Of a stretch of DNA of 64,000 nucleotides, positions 46,929-56,130 are shown one piece after another. The stretch is from a virus. Positions within the stretch are counted from its first letter, which is position 1; every line of letters starts with the position of its first letter. Both the position numbers and the translations under genes were made by a program. The notes under the pieces are model-generated. The model was not told where the DNA came from. It saw nothing but the letters and a program-made list of their open reading frames with translations, and ran no database searches. Location of the stretch: the IMG/VR virus record IMGVR_UViG_3300031993_000003. One strand, 5' to 3'.

Positions 46929-48454
46929 CATAAACAGCCGACCGCAAGATACCGCCCGATGCCGCTAGGCATCGGGGAACCCTTTAGGGCGGTATTTAGG
47001 TCGGCTACTGCATGGTCTACCTTGTAGTATATAGGGAACCTGAAATGTAAGAAATAAATAAGTTTCCATGAACAGATATTTATTATATATTTGAGTAAAG
47101 AACCACTAAACTTCTATTGAAGTCAAGAATACTGATATGGAACCGGTAAGGAGCGAAGAAACAAAGGCCAGGATACGGGCGAGCATGTCCGCGACGAAGG
47201 CGAGGCGGCAGACGCAGGTCTGCCGCGTGTTCGAGCTCAAGGTATCGGTCCGGCACAACCCGAAGGAAACGTTCAGGAAGCTTGCACAGTGCTTCAAGGA
47301 AGCTAAGTGGGTTGTCAACGACATGCTGTCGCAGACCAAGGACAATCCTGACAACAGCATGTTCGACTACAAGTACACGGAACACAGGGAAGTGGTTCAC
47401 TACGACCGAGACAGGAACCCGATAACCGATACCATAACCTTGCCTTCGGTCCTGCACAGGGCTACCGTTGCCCAGAAGAAGACGGATATAGTCAACCTGG
47501 CGAAGGCTAAACAGAAGGGTATAAAGATAGGTGCACTGAAGTTCAGGAGCGAGGTGAACTGCCTGCCCATCATTACCGGTTTCACGCAGATACTGGACGG
47601 ATGCAGGATAACCATTCCCGGGTTCCGTAAGCTCCGTGTGCACGGGATTAACCAGCTGCATCAATTCGAGAAGTTTGAACTTGCCGACGCCAAGCTGATA
47701 CGGAAGGCGTCCGGCTACTATGTCAAGATTAGCATAATGCTACCGAAGGAGAGGAGGAACCCTACCGGCAGGAATGTCGGTCTCGACTTCGGCATAAAGG
47801 ATTCCATAACGACGTCATACGGCGACAAGTACAAATGTGATGTGCGAGAAAGCGACCGCCTGAAATATCTTTCCAGGAAGCTGAACAAGCGCGGGAAGAA
47901 GAGGAACGAGAAGGGGTCGAAGCGATATTACAGGTGTCTTCGTCAGCTGAAACGTGAGTACGAGCATGTCGCCAACGCCCGCAAGGACGTCGGCAACAAA
48001 ATCTACCACAAACTGGTGACCGACTATGATGTCATATACTTTCAGGACGAGCAGATAAAGGGATGGCAGAAGGGCCTGTTCGGAAGACAGGTCCAGTCGT
48101 CCTGCCTCGGGTCACTGAAGCAGCGGCTGAAGTCCCTACAGGACTCCGGGCGCAGCTTCATGATTTCCAGGTGGGAGCCGACAACCAAGCTGTGCCCCGC
48201 CTGCGGGGCGATAAACCATCCCACACTGGCCGACCGCATCTACCTCTGTGGCTGCGGCTATACCATGGACAGGGACATCCATTCTGCTAGACTGGTCTTG
48301 ATGATTGGCTCGTCAAAGAGAGCCGAGTGCCTGGAACAGGCCTCGATGGAGCCCGGACCTATTATACCGAGAAGCAGCGCAGCTGCGACGAGGCAAGCCC
48401 GGGCGGTGAAGTCGAAACAAGAAGCTGCCGCCCTTTAGGGCGGCGGTAGTTCAC
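46929..48454 (+). mobile_element. IS200/IS605-family element carrying tnpB only
   Basis: Left hairpin ATACCGCCC...GGGCGGTAT (46949-46996) after TTGAC; right end GCTGCCGCCCTTTAGGGCGGCGGTAGTTCAC; left boundary approximate. Confidence 0.75.
47137..48438 (+). CDS. tnpB: RNA-guided endonuclease TnpB
   Basis: RuvC-I VGLDFGIKD, RuvC-II region IYFQDE, zinc finger CPACG...CGCG, RuvC-III DRDIHSA. Confidence 0.9.
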   Translation: MEPVRSEETKARIRASMSATKARRQTQVCRVFELKVSVRHNPKETFRKLAQCFKEAKWVVNDMLSQTKDNPDNSMFDYKYTEHREVVHYDRDRNPITDTITLPSVLHRATVAQKKTDIVNLAKAKQKGIKIGALKFRSEVNCLPIITGFTQILDGCRITIPGFRKLRVHGINQLHQFEKFELADAKLIRKASGYYVKISIMLPKERRNPTGRNVGLDFGIKDSITTSYGDKYKCDVRESDRLKYLSRKLNKRGKKRNEKGSKRYYRCLRQLKREYEHVANARKDVGNKIYHKLVTDYDVIYFQDEQIKGWQKGLFGRQVQSSCLGSLKQRLKSLQDSGRSFMISRWEPTTKLCPACGAINHPTLADRIYLCGCGYTMDRDIHSARLVLMIGSSKRAECLEQASMEPGPIIPRSSAAATRQARAVKSKQEAAAL

Positions 48455-48489
48455 GATAAACTCCGGGTGTTGAAACTCGGAGTTTTTCT

Positions 48490-49365
48490 ATGCGTAACAG
48501 GTATCTCGCAATCAGCGTAAACGGCGGCGGCGCCCTCGGTATCGGCCCACTGGCATTCATGTGCAGGCTCGAGCAGGATACCGGGAAGAAACTGGGAGAC
48601 CTGGCGGTTGCCTTCGCCGGTACCTCCACGGGTGCAATCATTGCTGCCGGACTGGACGAGGGATATTCCGCGCATGACCTCTTCGACCTATACAAGGACA
48701 ACCTCCCGAAGATTTTCACGAAGTACCCGTGGTACAAGAGGATGACTGCCGGTTGCCCAACGTACGACAACAGCTTCCTGAAGAAGATGCTCCAGGATAA
48801 GTTCAAGGGTACGATGGACCAGTTCAAGAAGCCCATCTTCATCCCTACCACTCATACCAACGGCAAGAGCGTGGAGAAGGTTTGGGACCTCGGGGACACA
48901 GGTGTGGAGAAAGCCTTTTGCATATTAACGAGTACTGCGGCTCCTACGTATTTTGACTGCGTGCAGAAGGATGGTGAATCCTATTCGGATGGTGGGTTAT
49001 TTTGTAACGACCCTATAGCTGTACTTAATGCTGGTCTCAAGCGTTCTGCCTATGGAAGGGACCTTCGAATACTGTCGTTCAATACAGGCATGGAGACGCC
49101 GAATACTCTTAAAGGAAACCAGACGCTGCTCGGCTGGGGAACTTACTTACTGAGCGAATGGGTTGCCAGGGCAGGCAAGAGCAACCTGTACGAGGTATCT
49201 GCCGACCTCGGCTCGGAGAATGTCGCCGCGGCATCTCCCGAATGCTCCAAGAAGATTGACATGGATGACACATCAAGCAAGACTCTGGATAAGGTCATCG
49301 GAATATGGACGGACTACTACGAGGCCCATAAGGACTACTTCAGGAAGTTCGTTTTGGGCAACTAA
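48490..49365 (+). CDS. Patatin-like phospholipase
   Basis: NGGGALG, GTSTG nucleophile elbow, AAPTYF, DGG. Confidence 0.92.
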   Translation: MRNRYLAISVNGGGALGIGPLAFMCRLEQDTGKKLGDLAVAFAGTSTGAIIAAGLDEGYSAHDLFDLYKDNLPKIFTKYPWYKRMTAGCPTYDNSFLKKMLQDKFKGTMDQFKKPIFIPTTHTNGKSVEKVWDLGDTGVEKAFCILTSTAAPTYFDCVQKDGESYSDGGLFCNDPIAVLNAGLKRSAYGRDLRILSFNTGMETPNTLKGNQTLLGWGTYLLSEWVARAGKSNLYEVSADLGSENVAAASPECSKKIDMDDTSSKTLDKVIGIWTDYYEAHKDYFRKFVLGN

Positions 49366-49515
49366 CGGTTGATGCATAGGTCCTTCACGGAGGCTGCCCG
49401 GATAATCGGTATGGATACCTCCCGGTCGCCCATCTTGCACCTTACCTTATCGAACTCTACTTGATTGCTGTGGTCGGACTCGGCAATCAACCTGGGTTTT
49501 CGGTATGGTATCTTG

Positions 49516-49893
49516 TCACGTGACAAGACGATGCTTCTGGATAAGGCACTGTACCTGGACGCTGTGGATTCCCTGGTAGTCGCCTGGCATTTCGAAATAA
49601 TCCACCTTGCCATCTGAAGTACAATAGTAACGTATACTGAAACCCGTAGACTTCTCCAAAGTTCCATTTCTTTCTTCCTCGGTTATCGGGTATTTTCCGC
49701 TTTGCGCCCGTTTAATCCGTTCGATATTGTCATTGTACAACTGGAAGTTCCTGGCGTATGCCTCGAGGAACTCATTGCTGCTGATGTCGATGGTGAACTT
49801 CGGGGTACGTTCCTCCCGGACTTTCCGGATTATCTTCCGGAGGCCCCACAGGAATATCCCGGCATATGCTGCGGTTCTGACTGTGGGAATCAT
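49516..49893 (-). CDS. AxY-RR leader family protein
   Basis: MIPTVRTAAYAGIFLWGLRKIIRKV. Confidence 0.7.
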   Translation of the reverse strand: MIPTVRTAAYAGIFLWGLRKIIRKVREERTPKFTIDISSNEFLEAYARNFQLYNDNIERIKRAQSGKYPITEEERNGTLEKSTGFSIRYYCTSDGKVDYFEMPGDYQGIHSVQVQCLIQKHRLVT

Positions 49894-50870
49894 TTTCTAT
49901 CCTTCAGGAATCCACCTGACTTGCACCTGTCGACGATGTCCACCCAAGATTTCGGCTGTTCGCCGTCGTATCTCAGTTCGCACAGGTAGTCTACACGCCT
50001 TCCTGGGTGGGTATCGGCATATGAATCCTCGTAGGTGGTGTACGGATTGCATGACAGCCGGGCACACCTGTCTATTCCCTGGAGCCCGCTGTCTATGTCT
50101 GTATAGAGGACAAGGAAATTTCGCTCAGACTGGCCGGCATCCATGCCAGGTGCATCCAGTTGTATATCTTTTGCCTGCAGTTCCTCTATCTTTCGGTCAC
50201 GCCACACGCAGGCCTGCTCATACGATGTAGTGTTGAGGGTGACTTCTGGCACTAGGGCCTTTCCGTTCGACCCTACCTCGAATACTCCCCCGTACCATAC
50301 GGCCGAGCCCCGGTAAAGATTTTTCTGCCGGATTCTAACCTTGAAATTACCTAGTGGACGGTTTCTGTGGTTCGGGAACCGGTTGAAGTCGTTCTCGTCC
50401 AGTTCCGCGATTGCCTTATTAGGCATATGCCTGTACTTATACGGTACACCCCGGTTAATCAGTGTGGCTGCATTGTGCATTCTGTGACGGAACTGTTCCC
50501 TGGCGCACTTGCTCAGCAGGTAGTGGGCGTACCAGTGTAGAAGGACTGTGAAAGTGACCGTATTGCGGTCGTCCAGTCCATCATCGTCCCGTCTGCGCTC
50601 GAAGTAGCACGATGGAACTATATGGTGGACTTCCGTATAGCCGGATACTGATAGGTCATTGCTGAGTGCATATAGGCATAGCTTTGCATATTTCCATGCG
50701 CTCGGATGCGTATGTAGGATGAATTCGCCAAGCTGGGAAGTCCTGTCGTCTCCTATCAAGGAACATAGTTTACGGTAGTCTGCTTCGGATGCACCGGCGG
50801 TAATTTCTATCAGGCGCATATCTAGTCCATGCCGATGCAGTGCTTGTAGAAGTATTTCTTCCAGAAGCAC
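49890..50870 (-). CDS. HNH endonuclease-like protein (start uncertain)
   Basis: EVHHIVPS...NTVTFT..HWYAHYLL. Confidence 0.7.
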   Translation of the reverse strand: MLLEEILLQALHRHGLDMRLIEITAGASEADYRKLCSLIGDDRTSQLGEFILHTHPSAWKYAKLCLYALSNDLSVSGYTEVHHIVPSCYFERRRDDDGLDDRNTVTFTVLLHWYAHYLLSKCAREQFRHRMHNAATLINRGVPYKYRHMPNKAIAELDENDFNRFPNHRNRPLGNFKVRIRQKNLYRGSAVWYGGVFEVGSNGKALVPEVTLNTTSYEQACVWRDRKIEELQAKDIQLDAPGMDAGQSERNFLVLYTDIDSGLQGIDRCARLSCNPYTTYEDSYADTHPGRRVDYLCELRYDGEQPKSWVDIVDRCKSGGFLKDRK

Positions 50871-50949
50871 TCGTATCCGGGAGCGGTCTTTCCGGTGAAG
50901 AAGTAAGCGATGACATATAGCCAGTCTTCCATGTAGTTGTCCAGGTCCT

Positions 50950-51294
50950 TCATCGCGCCTCCAGTTTTGCCAGTACCCGTTCCCATACCTGTTGCCACTG
51001 GTTGGCGGTGAGCTGCCGGCGGGTAGAATGTTCTGGGTCAGCCCCGGTGCCGTCGATATGGTATCGGTCGGTAGACTTGAATTCCGGAAGGCACTGCTCG
51101 TTGCCTACTATCTCCATCCAGTACCTCCGCTGTGACTTCGCATATGCGATACGGAGCTTCCGGATGGTACCGGTGGCTACCCGGAGTTTCTCCTTGGCGT
51201 CAAGGGCAATTTCGTAGTCCTCCCGGTGCACCTCTACGGTGTCCGGACCGTGGTCCAGGTGGTGGCAGGGATATTCGCCAAGTGGTAGAGCCAT
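50950..51294 (-). CDS. Hypothetical protein
   Basis: Start MALPLG, TAATG coupling. Confidence 0.7.
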   Translation of the reverse strand: MALPLGEYPCHHLDHGPDTVEVHREDYEIALDAKEKLRVATGTIRKLRIAYAKSQRRYWMEIVGNEQCLPEFKSTDRYHIDGTGADPEHSTRRQLTANQWQQVWERVLAKLEAR

Positions 51295-51710
51295 TACTTG
51301 AGTTCCTTTGTGAGCATCTTGAAGGTGTCTTTGGCAGAAATCATTATGTCGCAGAGTTCGGAGGACTCGGCATACCCGAGGTTCTCGACGAGCTCGTTGG
51401 GGTCCTCGGTGGGCATGTCGGCATACTGGAGGACGGCAAACTTCCTGCTCTCGTGGAATAGGGAGATGAACCGTTCCTTGTACTTGTAGGTAAGAGTGCT
51501 CTCCAGGTGGAAAGCATCCAGGGCGGTGCACTTGCACGACAGGTACATCGGCCAGTATCGGTTGCCGTCGGAAAGGTAGAGGAAGTACGGACGGGACTTG
51601 CCGTCGTGTCCGTTGAACATCTTCCGGGCGGGTACCAGCAGCTTCCGGGATATCCGGCGGATAGCGTGCAGGAGAATGGCGGTATATGCAGCAGCCTTGA
51701 GCGAAGCCAT
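51294..51710 (-). CDS. AxY-RR leader family protein
   Basis: MASLKAAAYTAILLHAIRRISRKLLVPA. Confidence 0.8.
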   Translation of the reverse strand: MASLKAAAYTAILLHAIRRISRKLLVPARKMFNGHDGKSRPYFLYLSDGNRYWPMYLSCKCTALDAFHLESTLTYKYKERFISLFHESRKFAVLQYADMPTEDPNELVENLGYAESSELCDIMISAKDTFKMLTKELK

Positions 51711-51711
51711 T

Positions 51712-52113
51712 CTATAACCTTTCTATTGCCTTGTTTTCCGGCTTGGCCGGCACCTCGCCTGACATCAACCGCTTGACCAGGTCGTTGACCGTCTCTATCG
51801 GGATGAGGGTACTTTCACGCATCTTGAAGTAGAGGCCTTCTGCCTGGTCGGTAATCACCTCCAGTGCGGGTCTGCCGTCCATCAGGAGTTCCTTGGTATC
51901 GCGGACGGCGAGCACCTTGATGTTATTTCCCCTGACCTTGAGGATAATTGCGGCGGCATACTGTATGTATGCGTACATGCGGATAGCCTTGCGCAGTTCA
52001 GGGAAGTCCGGCGCCTTAAGCCCCATAAGGGCCATGTTGTCCAGGTTTATCGAGTCCTCGGTTTCCTGCGGGACATACTTGATGTTTTCCGGTTCCTGCA
52101 TATCTTCTGCCAT
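51712..52113 (-). CDS. Hypothetical protein
   Basis: ORF within operon. Confidence 0.75.
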   Translation of the reverse strand: MAEDMQEPENIKYVPQETEDSINLDNMALMGLKAPDFPELRKAIRMYAYIQYAAAIILKVRGNNIKVLAVRDTKELLMDGRPALEVITDQAEGLYFKMRESTLIPIETVNDLVKRLMSGEVPAKPENKAIERL

Positions 52114-52125
52114 TCCTGTTCGAGT

Positions 52126-52491
52126 TCACTGTAAGAGGGTAGGTTGTATTTCTGTTCCTGCTCCCGAATTGCCTTCTTTCTGTCCATCTTCAGTCCTTGT
52201 AAGTCCGGCGACTAGCCGGTCGCGGTTCCGCGTGAGTATCTCGCGGACTTCCATTTTGTCTAGTTCCTTGCACTTTGCGGAGTACTTCCTGATGCCCGCC
52301 TCGAATATGTGGCGGAGGATGTTGAAGTATGCCGGCCTGTTGCGGTCAATGTCGGGCACCTTCTGCCTTGCCGACTGCTTGGCCATGCGGTACATAGCTT
52401 CGACCTTCGTGAGGGGGATGCCGTAGACTATGGCCTTGTCGACGAGCATCCTTGCCACGCGCGCGGGATATCTGTTTTCTATGGTACTCAT
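52126..52491 (-). CDS. Hypothetical basic protein
   Basis: Leaderless ATG after TATATT. Confidence 0.7.
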   Translation of the reverse strand: MSTIENRYPARVARMLVDKAIVYGIPLTKVEAMYRMAKQSARQKVPDIDRNRPAYFNILRHIFEAGIRKYSAKCKELDKMEVREILTRNRDRLVAGLTRTEDGQKEGNSGAGTEIQPTLLQ

Positions 52492-52581
52492 GCCCCAAAT
52501 ATAGCAAAAAATCGGACGGAGAAACGGGAAATTGCTATATTTGGTCGAGTAGATATCCCGCGCGAGACATAGTTTAAGAGT

Positions 52582-53619
52582 ATGACAGAGAAACAGCTTT
52601 ATCCCATCGAATATCTTGGGAAGACATACAATACGACAATACACAGGGACCTTACCGACGAGGAGTACGAGGGAATAGTCGCCGGCATCCGCGCGAGACC
52701 CTCCCGGGAGGAAGTCCTCGCCCAGCTGAAGAGCGTCTCCGCCGGAGGCACCCGCATGGACAAGGTGTACTCATACTACTTCAAGGAGTGCGCATACAAG
52801 ACCTGCCTCGTGTACAACAACTGGTCAATCGACGAGGCTTTGCGGCACAAGCCTTTGATGGAGTTCTTCGCCGGAAAGTCCGCCGAGAACAAGAAGGTAT
52901 ACCCGGACACGATGCCACTGTGGAAGAAGGTGGAGACCGCGTTCAGGCTCTGCGGGTTCAGGACATGCTCCAAGCCCAGCAACTTCCCGATGAAGGCCAT
53001 AGACGGCCTCCTGGAGGCATACTGCCCGGCAGGCGGAAACTACTTCGACTATTCATGCGGATGGGGGGTAAGGCTGCTTTCGGCGCTTAAGCACAACGTG
53101 AACTACTTCGGTACCGACCCGAACTACGAGCTGGTCCCGAAGCTCAGGGAGATGGCAGTGGACTACCGGGAGGCTACTGGTGGCTCCCCGGAAGTCAACG
53201 CGAGGTGCACCGGGAGCGAGCACCTGCAGGAGGACTGGGTGGGCAAGATGGACCTGGCCTTTACAAGCCCCCCGTACTTCAACCTGGAGGACTACCGGGT
53301 TGGCGACCAGTCCTACAAGGAGGGGACCGACTACGATTCCTGGCTGGAGAACTACGTCGGACCTACCGTAAGGAACTGCCGGGAGTACCTGAAGCCGGGC
53401 GGGATATTCGCCTTCAACATCAAGAACAACTTCAAGTACATAAAGCACGACCTGGAAGGGGACTGGGCAACGATAGCCGAGGAAACCGGTCTTGTATACA
53501 TCGGAGAAGTCCCCCTGGAGAATATAACCAGGGTATCCGGGCACAGGCACGAGGACTCCGGGAATACCATGTTGAAGCACGACAATGACGAGGTAATCCG
53601 GCTCTACCGCAAGGCATAA
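52582..53619 (+). CDS. DNA amino-methyltransferase (N4-C or N6-A)
   Basis: FDYSCGWGVRL (motif I), FTSPPYFNLEDY (motif IV), LKPGG. Confidence 0.88.
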   Translation: MTEKQLYPIEYLGKTYNTTIHRDLTDEEYEGIVAGIRARPSREEVLAQLKSVSAGGTRMDKVYSYYFKECAYKTCLVYNNWSIDEALRHKPLMEFFAGKSAENKKVYPDTMPLWKKVETAFRLCGFRTCSKPSNFPMKAIDGLLEAYCPAGGNYFDYSCGWGVRLLSALKHNVNYFGTDPNYELVPKLREMAVDYREATGGSPEVNARCTGSEHLQEDWVGKMDLAFTSPPYFNLEDYRVGDQSYKEGTDYDSWLENYVGPTVRNCREYLKPGGIFAFNIKNNFKYIKHDLEGDWATIAEETGLVYIGEVPLENITRVSGHRHEDSGNTMLKHDNDEVIRLYRKA

Positions 53620-53652
53620 ACTGCGGTCGAAACTAGAATATAGGGGATAGGA

Positions 53653-54795
53653 ATGGAAGAGAAATTGCCCAACAAGTGGCTGAACTGCGCGATTCCGGGG
53701 GTGGCACTGACCACCTGCATCGGGTCCGTGTACTGCTGGAGCCAGTTCTCCCGGGAGCTCATGGAGACCTTCGGGACGACCCGGTTCCAGACCGACATCG
53801 GCTTCACGCTCATCATCTTCTTCCTCGGCATGTGCGCAGCCATCTTCGGCAGCACAATCGAGAAGAACCCGAGGACGGGGGCGTGGCTGTCAACGATAGT
53901 GTTCATCACCGGCTTCCTGATGCTCGGGGTGGCCGTCTATACCAAGTGCCTCCCGGCGTTCTACATAGCGACCGCCGTTATCGGAGCCGGTACCGGTATC
54001 GGGTACGTGACCCCGGTGAAGACCCTGATGGCCTTCTTCGCCGACCACAAGGGTATGGCTTCCGGTCTCGCCATTACCGGGTTCGGACTTGCCAAGTTCG
54101 TCGCCTCCCCGGTAATCGAGTGGCTGCTGGCCACGGTTCCGCTCTACGGGGTGTTCTTCGCACTGGGCGGCATCTACGCGGCCGTAATGGTGGTGTCCTC
54201 CCTGCTGCTCCGGAAGTACCCCAAGATGGAGAAGGAATACGGGAATCCGGACTTCCGGTACTCCCTGGTATTCAAGAGGAAGGAATGGTGGGCCATCTGG
54301 TTCATGTTCATGACGAACATTTCCTGTGGACTTGCCATCATCTCCCAGGAGAAGGGGCTTCTGTTAGGACTGGGAATCGCCTCGGTAGCCGCCATCCTCT
54401 CCGGGACGGCACTGGCGAACTCCGGGGGGCGCATCGGGTTCTCGACCCTGTCCGACCGTATCGGTCGCAAGGCGAGCTACCATTTCGTCTGCTCGTTCGG
54501 AATATTGGGAGCATTGTTCTGTGTCACAGGGAGCCCGGTGCTTACCGTAATCGGTATCCTCCTCTGCGAGGCGGCATACGGCGGAAACTTCAGTGTACTT
54601 CCTAGCCTGTTGGCCAAGCGCTTCGGAATGTCCAGCGCCTCCCGGATTCACTCGATGACTCTGACCGGTTGGAGCGTGGGCGGCATCTTCGGGCCGGTGC
54701 TGGCTAACACCTTTACGGGCACCACTCTGTACCTGGTGCTTGCCGTACTCTACTTCATCGCGTTCACCGTGATGGAAATTAACGTGAAGAAGTAG
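53653..54795 (+). CDS. MFS transporter, oxalate/formate antiporter (OFA) family
   Basis: CIGSVYCWS...GIGYVTPVKTLMAFFADHKGMASGLAITGFG...LSDRIGR; about 12 TM. Confidence 0.9.
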   Translation: MEEKLPNKWLNCAIPGVALTTCIGSVYCWSQFSRELMETFGTTRFQTDIGFTLIIFFLGMCAAIFGSTIEKNPRTGAWLSTIVFITGFLMLGVAVYTKCLPAFYIATAVIGAGTGIGYVTPVKTLMAFFADHKGMASGLAITGFGLAKFVASPVIEWLLATVPLYGVFFALGGIYAAVMVVSSLLLRKYPKMEKEYGNPDFRYSLVFKRKEWWAIWFMFMTNISCGLAIISQEKGLLLGLGIASVAAILSGTALANSGGRIGFSTLSDRIGRKASYHFVCSFGILGALFCVTGSPVLTVIGILLCEAAYGGNFSVLPSLLAKRFGMSSASRIHSMTLTGWSVGGIFGPVLANTFTGTTLYLVLAVLYFIAFTVMEINVKK

Positions 54796-54860
54796 ATTTC
54801 CACTGCAAAATTTGCTATATTTGGGACGTTAATCGTCCCGTTTCTTTTTAGGAATTGTAG

Positions 54861-55388
54861 ATGTACGAATATATTACCAACCACATCCCTGAGGCAATCG
54901 GGATAGGCTCGTCGGCGGCTTCCGCCGGAGGCTTCTTCCTGGTCCGTTGGCTACTGCGCAGGCGCCGCCGGAACAAGATGCTCAGGAAGTTCGGCGCCAA
55001 CGACATGCGGGAACTTGCCATCGAGGCAAGGAACAAGAGGCTTAGGAAGGACCTTACCGATGCCTACCGGTTCGTCAAGAAGGCAATCTACCTGGCAAGC
55101 ACCGGGAATGCCGGGTGCAGGGTCACCGTATGCATATGGAAATGGTGCAAGTACTACTTCAAGCAGTATGACGCGGCCACCTGCAAGGAACTGTTCGTCG
55201 ACCGGCTGGTAAACCGGCTTCTCGACGAGGGGTTCGCCGCCGAGTACCTCCCGGTAGGCGAACAGAAGGACTCCGCGGAGCCTTCCCTTAGGATTTCCTG
55301 GGGAGAGTCGAGCGACGACCTGGAGGAAATGGTGGAAGAGGAACTGGAGCAACCGGGAGAAACCGGGAAGGAAGAAGCAACATGGTGA
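54861..55388 (+). CDS. Membrane-anchored hypothetical protein
   Basis: Hydrophobic stretch followed by RRRRR. Confidence 0.75.
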   Translation: MYEYITNHIPEAIGIGSSAASAGGFFLVRWLLRRRRRNKMLRKFGANDMRELAIEARNKRLRKDLTDAYRFVKKAIYLASTGNAGCRVTVCIWKWCKYYFKQYDAATCKELFVDRLVNRLLDEGFAAEYLPVGEQKDSAEPSLRISWGESSDDLEEMVEEELEQPGETGKEEATW

Positions 55389-55708
55389 AGTCTATAATGA
55401 ACGCTGTGTACGTCGCCATAGGTCTGGCGTTCGCCAGGAAGATTTACGAGAAGGCCTGCAGCGACCCGTACGAGAACCTGCCAAGGAGCCACGGGATATT
55501 GAAACAAAGACCCGGGTTCAGCTATCACGACCTGGACATGATTATGGGCAAGCCAGATGCAGGGAAGAGCATAATCAAGACGATAATGGAAACCAGCCGT
55601 AACATCGAACATGGGAAGATGGGGGTAGTGCCTATGTTCTCCAGTACGCCGAATACGGATGGGCCGTGGAGGCATTTACTTGGCGTGAAGGACATACTCA
55701 AGGGCTAG
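55382..55708 (+). CDS. AxY-RR leader family protein
   Basis: MVKSIMNAVYVAIGLAFARKIYEK. Confidence 0.7.
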   Translation: MVKSIMNAVYVAIGLAFARKIYEKACSDPYENLPRSHGILKQRPGFSYHDLDMIMGKPDAGKSIIKTIMETSRNIEHGKMGVVPMFSSTPNTDGPWRHLLGVKDILKG

Positions 55709-55709
55709 C

Positions 55710-56129
55710 ATGGAACGAGCTGCATACCTGCTCATATTCCTCCATTTCCTGCGCAGGCTGTTCAGGAAGCTGTTATTCCGTGTCCGCCTCCCGGTGAGGA
55801 GGTGTCCACGCTCCGGCGAGAAGGGATACAGCCGCCTCGTCGTTACCGGTGCGAAATACGACCTATGTGGAAACTTCAGCGTCAGGACGCCTGCACATTT
55901 CTACTCCCGCCGCATGGATGAACGCATAGAGGCGGAACTTACCCGTAGGTTCGGCAATAGCATACGGGAAGCTACCGGTGGTGAATTCGACAAAATAATA
56001 GTGTACGATGGCAAGCTCGCCCCGAAGGACCTTGAGTTCGACGAGGACGGCAACGGGAAGGGTATACCCAGGGAAATCCGGGGGATACTTGCCTCCGCGA
56101 GCGAGGAATTCGTTAGACTGATGAGGTAA
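55710..56129 (+). CDS. AxY-RR leader family protein
   Basis: MERAAYLLIFLHFLRRLFRKLLFR. Confidence 0.8.
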   Translation: MERAAYLLIFLHFLRRLFRKLLFRVRLPVRRCPRSGEKGYSRLVVTGAKYDLCGNFSVRTPAHFYSRRMDERIEAELTRRFGNSIREATGGEFDKIIVYDGKLAPKDLEFDEDGNGKGIPREIRGILASASEEFVRLMR

Positions 56130-56130
56130 T

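Noticed and set aside
48490-49365. CBASS operon
   Set aside because: No CD-NTase or Cap2/Cap3 neighbour; the JAB protein is a RadC type 24 kb away
49362-49667. ORF 49362-49667 (-)
   Set aside because: Overlaps 49516-49893 extensively with no clear RBS; may be a frameshifted tail but is not supportable
33107-56129. Leader family as Tat substrates or holins
   Set aside because: RR follows rather than precedes the hydrophobic core, there is no SRRxFLK consensus, and the core is short for a transmembrane helix
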